DNA of 32,000 nt from positions 7,181 to 39,180 of the forward strand of contig CAXTNZ010000019.1 of NCBI GenBank assembly GCA_964245695.1. Direction: 5' to 3'. The translations under genes were made by a program, and so were the position numbers. The stretch is from an uncultured bacterium (lineage in GTDB: Bacteria; Cyanobacteriota; Cyanobacteriia; Cyanobacteriales; Nostocaceae). Of this stretch, positions 17,774 to 24,945 are shown in pieces (within the stretch, counting starts at the first letter, position 1; each line of letters begins with the position of its first letter). The notes beneath the pieces are model-generated. The model was given only the letters and a program-made list of their open reading frames with translations, was not told the origin of the DNA and searched no databases.

Positions 17774-19375
17774 ATGGCTCGCACCGCGACGTTAACTTTT
17801 GATCGTGGTACATTAATTTTGCATCCACCAGCACGCGGCAAAGCCTGGATGGATTACGCTACGTGGGATGATAGAATTGAAAAATTCCGCATTCCGGCGA
17901 TTCAATATCGACCTTTGGTGGAAGCGCTACAAGCGGAAGAGACTAACTTTATCGATGAAGCGAAGGGATTTTATCCGGTAGAGTTAGTTTCCAGTATGGA
18001 GATGGAACCCTATCCCCACCAGAGTGAGGCGTTAGCAGCTTGGAAGCTGGCGGGAAGGCAAGGGGTAGTGGTGCTTCCCACAGCGGCGGGAAAGACTTAT
18101 CTGGCGCAAATGGCGATGCAAGCGACGCCGCGCACGACGCTGATTGTGGTGCCGACTTTGGATTTAATGCACCAGTGGTATGCACACCTAAAAGCGGCGT
18201 TTCCTGATGCTGAGGTGGGTTTGCTGGGGGGTGGTTCGCGGGATAAAACACCGATTTTGGTTGCGACTTACGACAGTGCAGCAATTCATGCAGAAAGCTT
18301 GGGGAATAAGTATGCTTTGATAGTTTTTGATGAATGTCATCATTTGCCAACCGATTTTAATCGCGTTATTGCCGAATATGCGATCGCACCCTATCGACTC
18401 GGACTATCTGCAACACCCGAACGCACTGATGGTAAACACGCTGATTTAAATATCCTTATTGGTAGAGAAGTATATCGCAAACGCGCTGAAGATTTGGCGG
18501 GGAAGGCGCTAGCAGAACATGAAGTTGTGCAAATTAAGGTTAAGCTGTCGCAACTTGAGCGGGAAAGATACAATCAGTTAATTCAAACTCGCAATGATTT
18601 TTTGCGAGAATCTCGGATTTCTTTGGGGAGTCTTCAAGGTTGGCAACATTTTGTGCAAATGAGTGCGCGATCGCCTGCTGGACGTCGAGCTATGTTAGCA
18701 CACCGTCAAGCGAAAGAAATCGCTTTGGGTACAGATGGAAAGTTGCGAATTCTTACCAATTTACTTGCAGAACATTATCCGGAAAGAATTTTGATTTTTA
18801 CTGCTGATAATGCCACTGTTTACCGGATTTCTCAAGACTTGCTAATTCCGGCAATTACTCATCAAACTCCTGTGAAAGAACGCCATGAAATATTAACCAA
18901 ATTTCGCGAGGGGGAGTATAAAAGTTTGGTTGCTTCTCATGTGTTGAATGAAGGTGTTGATGTGCCGGCTGCAAGTATTGCGATTATTTTATCGGGTACT
19001 GGTTCGGCGAGGGAATATATTCAACGTTTGGGAAGGGTTTTAAGGAAGGGTAATATCGCAAATAAGCAGGCGATTTTATATGAGGTGGTGGCGGAGGATA
19101 CGAGTGAGGAGAATACTTCGGCAAGGAGGAGGGGGGAGAGGAGTAACGAACCGCCAAGTCGCCTTCGCGCAGCGTCTCCGACAGGAGAAGAACGCCAAGA
19201 GAGGAAGGATAAGAGAGGGAATTTGCATGTTGTTTATGGAAGTGGTCAGAAAAGTGATTATAAGGCTGCTGAACAGTTAGAAATTAAGTATTCGGTTGAG
19301 AAGAAAGCTAAAACACCCAATAAAAATAATGTAGATTCAAAAGACTCATCAGAAACCGACAACAGACGCGATTAA
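17774..19375 (+). CDS. XPB/Ssl2-like superfamily 2 DNA helicase (DEAD/DEAH box helicase, ERCC3-type) with a low-complexity basic C-terminal tail
   Basis: 533-aa ORF. The N-terminal TLTFDRGTLIL module resembles the XPB damage-recognition domain. Motifs are Walker A LPTAAGKT, motif II DECHH, motif III with a RED-like element GLSATPERTDG, and motif VI QRLGRVLR. The last ~85 aa are Arg/Glu/Lys-rich low complexity. Confidence 0.9.
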   Translation: MARTATLTFDRGTLILHPPARGKAWMDYATWDDRIEKFRIPAIQYRPLVEALQAEETNFIDEAKGFYPVELVSSMEMEPYPHQSEALAAWKLAGRQGVVVLPTAAGKTYLAQMAMQATPRTTLIVVPTLDLMHQWYAHLKAAFPDAEVGLLGGGSRDKTPILVATYDSAAIHAESLGNKYALIVFDECHHLPTDFNRVIAEYAIAPYRLGLSATPERTDGKHADLNILIGREVYRKRAEDLAGKALAEHEVVQIKVKLSQLERERYNQLIQTRNDFLRESRISLGSLQGWQHFVQMSARSPAGRRAMLAHRQAKEIALGTDGKLRILTNLLAEHYPERILIFTADNATVYRISQDLLIPAITHQTPVKERHEILTKFREGEYKSLVASHVLNEGVDVPAASIAIILSGTGSAREYIQRLGRVLRKGNIANKQAILYEVVAEDTSEENTSARRRGERSNEPPSRLRAASPTGEERQERKDKRGNLHVVYGSGQKSDYKAAEQLEIKYSVEKKAKTPNKNNVDSKDSSETDNRRD

Positions 19376-19426
19376 TTCCGTCTCTACTTCTAACTTTGTA
19401 CAGACGCGATTAATTCCGTCTCTACT
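19362..19426. repeat. Two direct copies (38-bp period) of a 27-bp hairpin-type dispersed repeat ACAGACGCGATTAATTCCGTCTCTACT
   Basis: Copy 1 is 19362-19388 and copy 2 is 19400-19426, identical as read. The helicase stop codon TAA (19373-19375) lies inside copy 1. Confidence 0.85.
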
Positions 19427-19451
19427 ATCAACTAACAACCAATCAATCGTA

Positions 19452-20666
19452 ATGTTACCAACTGATTTACTAATTCATCGTCAGAATGGGGAGGAGATAA
19501 TCCCGAAGAGACTAAAGCTTGATAAGAAGACTTTGGAGTTAGCTGTTGAGTTAATTGATTGTTTTCATGAAGCGGTAGGTAAGACGCAGGGTGTTCTTGA
19601 GCGTCAGTTGTTGGAGTTGGAGGGTGATACTACTGATTATAAGGTGAAGCGGGGATTAGCTTATATTTTAAAAAGCAGTTTTTGCACGTTTGAAGTGGTG
19701 AGTCCTTTGGAACCTCAAATGTTACGAGAAAGGGTGTTTGCTTTATCTGCAAAATCTGTCCCAAGTCCACAATCAACGCAAGCGACACTTAGCAAAATTG
19801 CTGATGAATTAAGTCAGGAATTTGAGCGGGAAGTTTTACCGCAACAAGTTCATGATGGGTTATATGCTGATTTGTCGGAAAATAAGATTTTGATTGCTTT
19901 TGATGCACCTACACCTGAAGATTTGTTGCATCGATACAATTTATCTCAAGTGCAGGGTGTGTTTTATCGAGCGAGTCAACTTATTTTAAATGCTCATCGT
20001 AATGTTCCGGGGGAATATAAGCTTTTGTTTCGCTATTTAAAGCTGTTTCAATTGATGGCTTATATTGAAGGTGATGCTGACCACGGATTTACAATTACGA
20101 TTGATGGTCCGACGAGTTTGTTTAATCCGAGTACGCGATATGGTTTGGCGATCGCTAAACTTATTCCCGCTTTACTTCACGTCACAAGATGGAGTCTTTC
20201 CTCTACCCTACAAACTCGCGACTTTTACACGAATACTTGGAAAACTGGACGTTTCACTCTCAATTCTGAATGCGGTCTAGTGTCTCATTATCCACCTGGC
20301 AAACCTTACGATAGTATGTTGGAAGCGTCGTTTGCTGATAAGTGGGATTCGTTAAAAAGTGATTGGGTGTTAGAGCGAGAAGTTGATTTAGTTCCGATTC
20401 CTGGTAGTGTGATGATTCCCGATTTTCGTTTGGTACATCCTGATGGACGCACGTTTTTATTAGAAATTGTGGGTTATTGGCGTCCAGAATATTTACAAAA
20501 GAAGTTTTCCCAGGTGCGTCGTGCGGAACGTGATGACTTGATTTTGGCAATTTCTGAAAGATTAAATTTGGAAAAAGCGGGTGTGAAATTAAATGATGTT
20601 CCCGCTAGAATTATTTGGTTTAAAGATAAGTTATTGCCGAAGGCAGTATTAGCAGCATTGGAGTAA
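19452..20666 (+). CDS. DUF790 family protein (Bax1-like endonuclease, partner of XPB helicases)
   Basis: 404-aa ORF directly downstream of the XPB-like helicase. The C-terminal nuclease-like block is IPDFRLVHPDGRTFLLEIVGYWRPEYLQKKF, characteristic of DUF790/Bax1. Confidence 0.8.
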   Translation: MLPTDLLIHRQNGEEIIPKRLKLDKKTLELAVELIDCFHEAVGKTQGVLERQLLELEGDTTDYKVKRGLAYILKSSFCTFEVVSPLEPQMLRERVFALSAKSVPSPQSTQATLSKIADELSQEFEREVLPQQVHDGLYADLSENKILIAFDAPTPEDLLHRYNLSQVQGVFYRASQLILNAHRNVPGEYKLLFRYLKLFQLMAYIEGDADHGFTITIDGPTSLFNPSTRYGLAIAKLIPALLHVTRWSLSSTLQTRDFYTNTWKTGRFTLNSECGLVSHYPPGKPYDSMLEASFADKWDSLKSDWVLEREVDLVPIPGSVMIPDFRLVHPDGRTFLLEIVGYWRPEYLQKKFSQVRRAERDDLILAISERLNLEKAGVKLNDVPARIIWFKDKLLPKAVLAALE

Positions 20667-20670
20667 TTAT

Positions 20671-20907
20671 ATGAAAACTATCGAAACAATTGCCACGGTT
20701 ACAGCAGATGGGAAAATTACGTTGCAGTTACCGGCTGATATTCCCGAAGGTGAACATCAAGTGGTGGTGATAATTGATGAAAAGCCTTTGGTAGAGAAAG
20801 CACAGACGAAGGAAAAGCGATCGCCCCTGAAATTTTCCGCTTATCCTGTAGGATTAGTTTCGGAAGGCGTTACTTTCCGTAGAGAAGACTTGTATGCAGA
20901 CGAGTGA
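20671..20907 (+). CDS. Type II antitoxin (VapB-like, small N-terminal beta-domain type)
   Basis: 78-aa ORF with ATVTADGKITLQLPADIPEGEHQVVVI, typical of cyanobacterial antitoxins. It starts 4 nt after the DUF790 stop and overlaps the PIN gene by 14 nt. Confidence 0.7.
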   Translation: MKTIETIATVTADGKITLQLPADIPEGEHQVVVIIDEKPLVEKAQTKEKRSPLKFSAYPVGLVSEGVTFRREDLYADE

Positions 20908-21340
20908 TACAGCTGTTTTCATCGACACAAATATTTTGGTTTATGCTAATTTAACTTTGTCGCCGTTTCATACACAAGCTACAGAGCGACTGCAAGCTAT
21001 GGAAGAGCAAGGTACTGAGTTGTGGATTCGCCAAATACTTAAGGAATATTTGGCAGCCATGACAAGACGCAACGACTTAACCGGAGAAATTCCTATTGCT
21101 TCCCTAGCGGCAGACGTGCGATATTTTGCTAACCGCTTTCGATTAGCTGAAGATACCCCAGAAGTTACGGAAAGACTTTTAAATTTGATGCAGGAAATTG
21201 CTATTGGTGGCAAGCAAGTGCATGATGCGAATATTATCGCCACAATGTTAGTTTACCATATTCCGCAGTTATTAACTCACAATACAGGAGATTTTTTGAG
21301 ATTTTCTCAGATGATTGCTGTGTTGCCTTTACAAGATTAG
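20894..21340 (+). CDS. vapC: PIN-domain toxin, VapC family
   Basis: 148-aa ORF. PIN acidic residues occur in VFIDTNILVYA, in ELWIRQILKEYL and in GKQVHDANIIATM. Overlapping start/stop with the upstream antitoxin. Confidence 0.85.
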   Translation: MQTSDTAVFIDTNILVYANLTLSPFHTQATERLQAMEEQGTELWIRQILKEYLAAMTRRNDLTGEIPIASLAADVRYFANRFRLAEDTPEVTERLLNLMQEIAIGGKQVHDANIIATMLVYHIPQLLTHNTGDFLRFSQMIAVLPLQD

Positions 21341-21370
21341 AACTTTTATATAAATGCGCCCTCAGAATTT

Positions 21371-21615
21371 GCATTACCCGCCATAGGTTAAAACCTATGG
21401 CTAATAGCCAAAGTCCTCTTAAGAGGACTAAGTACAATATTGCACAAAGAAAGTAACAAATTAAATTCCCAAAAACTCTGCGTCCCTCCGCGATTACTCT
21501 GTGTTCCTCTGCGTTTAAAAAAGCGCTCGTTTTTACGCCTAGTTAAGGTATTAATTTTAGCCCACTTCAGTGGGGTTAAGCTATTAGCCTGAGATTTAAA
21601 TCTCAGGCGTTAAGA
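21371..21615. repeat. Cluster of dispersed hairpin repeats (MITE/SDR-like): two hairpin-CTAATAGCC-hairpin modules flanking a CTCTGCGT-type repeat
   Basis: Module 1 hairpins are CCATAGGTTAAAACCTATGG (21381-21400) and AGTCCTCTTAAGAGGACT (21412-21429). Module 2 hairpins are CCCACTTCAGTGGG (21561-21574) and GCCTGAGATTTAAATCTCAGGC (21587-21608). Each pair is bridged by CTAATAGCC/CTATTAGCC. Confidence 0.55.
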
Positions 21616-22035
21616 AATGCATCGTCAAACATGAGTGTTAATCCAAGCCCAAATAAATACTGAGAATATCAATTTAGTAAGTAATATATTACTCAAATAT
21701 CGCTCAGTACCCATTCCCGGACGTAGTAGCTGCAAGTTGTATGCGATGGCTCCGCCCAACCTAGGCATCGCCTAATTCATACCTCAATTGGTGCAACGTT
21801 CATCGCCCACATAATTTATTAAAAAAATACTTGCTTCATGCATTTATCTGTGCAATTATGTCTTCAGTTATAAAATACGGCTTGTCTACCAAGTTACAGT
21901 AGTTGCTTGGCAGATATCTAGTATTAATCCATTTTTAGCCAGTAGGTCAGAAGTATTGTCCAACAAGTCTGAAGTGTCATCACTCAGGCTGCGATCGGCA
22001 TGACCAAAGTAATTGCACAATTGGGAGAGAAATCA

Positions 22036-23409
22036 ATGAGTAAATACAAACTACCAGCAATTGGTCGTCGCCAGTTTGTACAGGCTACACTTGCCAGTAC
22101 AATCTTGACATTAGGAGGTTCGAGCGTTTTTTCGGCTATAGCTGCCAGACGAAAGCGTCCGAATATACTGTTCATTTTGACGGATGACTTGGGCTGGGGC
22201 GACATTGGTATTTATGGAAAAACCTATGAAACGCCAAATTTAGACCAGTTGGCAAGGGAAGGTACGCGCTTCACCAATGCCTATGCAGCGCAAACTGTTT
22301 GCACGCCAACACGGATCGGCTTTTTTACAGGTCGTTATCCAGCGCGATTGCCAGTTGGTCTTCAAGAACCTCTAGTTGAAAGTGACAATGTAGGATTACC
22401 GCCGGAACAGCCAACAATCGCTTCCCTTTTAAAAGCTAAAGGTTATGAGACAGCATTAGTTGGTAAATGGCACGCTGGCTTTCTTCCAGATTACGGTCCA
22501 CTCAAGAGTGGCTTTGATGAGTTCTTTGGAAACTATAGTGGAGGGATCGACTACTTTACTCACAAAGGTCTAGATGGAAAACTTGACTTCTATGAAGGTG
22601 AAGTGCCTCTAGATAAACCGGGCTACGCTACAGACTTGTATACTGAACGTGCTGTTGAATTCCTCAAAAGACACCGCAATCAACCATTTTACCTAAGCCT
22701 TCATTACAATGCACCTCATTGGCCCTGGGAAGGACCAGAAGATGAAGAGTTAAGTCGAACTTTCTACAATTCCAACGCCTATACTGCTGGAGGGTCAAAA
22801 GAAACTTACGCTGCAATGTTAAAAAGTTTGGACGACGGAGTTGGTAAAGTCTTACAAGCTTTAAAAGATTCTGGGCAGGCTGATAACACTATAGTCATTT
22901 TTGCCAGTGATAACGGCGGTGAGAGATTCTCTGATATTGGACCTTTTCAAGGGATAAAAGGCAGTTTGTATGAAGGTGGTATACGAGTCCCCACTTTTAT
23001 CCGCTGGCCAGGAGTGATTCAACCCAACCAGGTAAATAACCAAGTTACTATCACTCAGGACTTGACAGCAACAATTCTGGCAGCAACAGGTACTTCACCC
23101 GATCCCAACTATCCACTGGATGGTCGAAATTTGCTTCCAGTCCTTCTGGGCAAAAAACCTGTTTCCCCGCGAACGCTGTTCTGGCGCTATAAATCTAATG
23201 TTGGTGGACGTGCTCCAGGTCAACTCCAAGCAGCAGTCCGAAGCGGAGATTGGAAGTACTTGCGGCAAGGAGAGAAAGAATATCTATTTAATCTTGCCAC
23301 TGACGAAGGCGAACAAACTGACCTCAAAGATAATAATCCCAAAGTATTCCAGCGGCTGCGCGATCGCTTTGAGGAATGGAATGAACAAGTACTGCCTTAC
23401 CCAGTTTAA
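22036..23409 (+). CDS. Arylsulfatase (formylglycine-dependent sulfatase family) with Tat signal peptide
   Basis: The ORF is open from 22000, but ATG 22036 has a GGAGAG RBS and gives MSKYKLPAIGRRQFVQATLAS (twin-arginine signal). It has the N-terminal metal motif ILFILTDDLGWGD and the formylglycine motif CTPTR in VCTPTRIGFFTGR. Confidence 0.9.
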   Translation: MSKYKLPAIGRRQFVQATLASTILTLGGSSVFSAIAARRKRPNILFILTDDLGWGDIGIYGKTYETPNLDQLAREGTRFTNAYAAQTVCTPTRIGFFTGRYPARLPVGLQEPLVESDNVGLPPEQPTIASLLKAKGYETALVGKWHAGFLPDYGPLKSGFDEFFGNYSGGIDYFTHKGLDGKLDFYEGEVPLDKPGYATDLYTERAVEFLKRHRNQPFYLSLHYNAPHWPWEGPEDEELSRTFYNSNAYTAGGSKETYAAMLKSLDDGVGKVLQALKDSGQADNTIVIFASDNGGERFSDIGPFQGIKGSLYEGGIRVPTFIRWPGVIQPNQVNNQVTITQDLTATILAATGTSPDPNYPLDGRNLLPVLLGKKPVSPRTLFWRYKSNVGGRAPGQLQAAVRSGDWKYLRQGEKEYLFNLATDEGEQTDLKDNNPKVFQRLRDRFEEWNEQVLPYPV

Positions 23410-23422
23410 GGAAAAGTCATTT

Positions 23423-24415
23423 ATGCAGGAACGTACAGTACGCCAAGTTTCATCTGGTAAATCTGACAAGCAAATCGCTGCCAAGCGTCCTGGTAAAGTC
23501 CCTGATAAAGACATGAACTGGATACCGGGCGGCGCTTTTATGATGGGGTCTGACCACCACTACCCAGAGGAAAGTCCAGCCCATCTTGTCCGTGTAGATG
23601 GCTTCTGGATGGATCGCTACGCCGTCACCAACAAGCAATTCCAACGTTTTGTGAAAGCAACTGGCTACGTAACAGTAGCGGAGCGTCCACCGAACGCAGA
23701 AGATTATCCAGGAGCCATACCGGAACTGCTAGTACCAGGCTCGGCTGTATTTCAGCAGCCCAACCATCCAGTAAATCCACAAACTTGTAGCTGGTGGATC
23801 TATGTGCCTGGTGCTAACTGGCGACATCCAGCAGGACCTGGAAGTTCTATCAAGGGGCGAGAAAATTATCCTGTAGTGCATATTGCTTATGAAGATGCTC
23901 TTGCTTATGCAGCTTGGGCAGGCAAAGTGCTGCCAACAGAGGCACAGTGGGAATTTGCTGCTCGCGGTGGGCTGGAAGGTGCTGTCTACACTTGGGGCAA
24001 TGAATTTGCCCCCAAAGGCAAGCGGATGGCTAACACTTGGGAAGGTGAGTTCCCTTGGCAAAACCTCAAGCCGCACTCTGCTGGAGCAGAATCTGTCGGC
24101 TTGTATCCTCCAAATGCCTATGGTTTGTACGATATCATAGGCAACGTTTGGGAGTGGACAACTGACTGGTATCGAGATCAGCACCGAGAAAATAAGACGA
24201 AATCTTGCTGTATTCCAGTCAACCCCAGAGGCGGATCACAAGAAGAGAGCTTTGACCCAAATATACCGTCCCGAATACCTAGAAAGGTACTCAAGGGTGG
24301 TTCCTTTCTCTGTGCGCCTAACTATTGCCAGCGTTATCGACCAGCCGCACGTCATCCAGAAACAGTAGATACCTCAACGTGTCATATCGGATTTCGTTGT
24401 GTAGTCAATGTGTAG
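23423..24415 (+). CDS. Formylglycine-generating enzyme (FGE/SUMF1 family)
   Basis: The track ORF starts at 23120 but overlaps the sulfatase. The in-frame ATG at 23423 (MQERTVRQ) is 13 nt after the sulfatase stop. FGE blocks are MNWIPGGAFMMGSD, PAHLVRVDGFWMDRYAVTN, NYPVVHIAYEDALAYAAWAGKVLPTEAQWEFAARGG, GNVWEWTTDWY and LKGGSFLCAPNYCQRYRPAAR. Confidence 0.9.
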   Translation: MQERTVRQVSSGKSDKQIAAKRPGKVPDKDMNWIPGGAFMMGSDHHYPEESPAHLVRVDGFWMDRYAVTNKQFQRFVKATGYVTVAERPPNAEDYPGAIPELLVPGSAVFQQPNHPVNPQTCSWWIYVPGANWRHPAGPGSSIKGRENYPVVHIAYEDALAYAAWAGKVLPTEAQWEFAARGGLEGAVYTWGNEFAPKGKRMANTWEGEFPWQNLKPHSAGAESVGLYPPNAYGLYDIIGNVWEWTTDWYRDQHRENKTKSCCIPVNPRGGSQEESFDPNIPSRIPRKVLKGGSFLCAPNYCQRYRPAARHPETVDTSTCHIGFRCVVNV

Positions 24416-24507
24416 ACATACAAGCCAAATAACAGACTTGAAGTATTTTCCGGGATTTTCCGAGATAAAGTGGTATCTATATCGGATGCAATATTAGAAG
24501 TTAGTTT

Positions 24508-24885
24508 ATGGAACCTGCTACACTAACAGCAGCTGCGATCGCTACTTTACTCATTACCAAAGCTTTTGAGAAAACTGGCGAAATCATCGGCGAAAAAGCT
24601 TGGAATGAAGGCGAGAAGTTGGTATTGCTGCTCAGGCGTAAAGAACCATCAATTGCAAATGCTGTAGAATTAGCTCAAACACGACCTCTAGATTATGGTC
24701 AAGCTCATTTAATTGGACAGCAAGTTGAGCAAGCAGCAACCAAAGATCCGGAAATTCGGGAAGCTGTTGCAGATGTGGCGAAGTCAGCCGAACCTAAATT
24801 AACAACATCTATGATTGAAAATTGGCAAGGTATCAACAATAAAGGCAGAATTGATAATATTTCTGGCAATACCTTCCATTTTTGA
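24508..24885 (+). CDS. Small alpha-helical protein; most likely the detached N-terminal (effector/adaptor-like) domain of the downstream NB-ARC/TPR protein
   Basis: 125-aa ATG ORF. It ends at TGA 24883-24885 in exactly the same reading frame as the NB-ARC ORF. The 60 nt between them contain no further stop. Confidence 0.55.
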   Translation: MEPATLTAAAIATLLITKAFEKTGEIIGEKAWNEGEKLVLLLRRKEPSIANAVELAQTRPLDYGQAHLIGQQVEQAATKDPEIREAVADVAKSAEPKLTTSMIENWQGINNKGRIDNISGNTFHF

Positions 24886-24945
24886 CTACAGTCGTCCGAA
24901 CGGGAACGGACAAAGTTAACTCCCACCACCGAAATACCAGATAAT

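Noticed and set aside
19080-19280. 66-aa alternative-frame ORF in the helicase tail
   Set aside because: It arises from purine-rich, repeat-like DNA and sits inside the helicase ORF. There is no independent start context.
22000-22035. Upstream ATG start for the sulfatase
   Set aside because: The ATG at 22036 is preceded by GGAGAG at a suitable spacing and places the twin-arginine motif at a normal distance from the N-terminus. The upstream 12 codons are probably untranslated.
23120-23422. Long N-terminal extension of the FGE ORF as given in the ORF track
   Set aside because: The first 101 codons overlap the 3' end of the sulfatase gene in another frame and show no FGE similarity. The in-frame ATG at 23423, just after the sulfatase stop, gives a normal-length FGE.
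23423-24415. FGE-fold protein as a diversity-generating retroelement (DGR) target
   Set aside because: There is no reverse transcriptase gene and no template/variable repeat pair visible in the window. The protein keeps the catalytic FGE blocks and sits next to a CxPxR sulfatase.
24883-24885. TGA as a selenocysteine codon
   Set aside because: I saw no convincing SECIS-like hairpin immediately downstream, and no selenoprotein context applies to an NLR linker. Nonsense mutation, sequencing error or plain read-through are more parsimonious.
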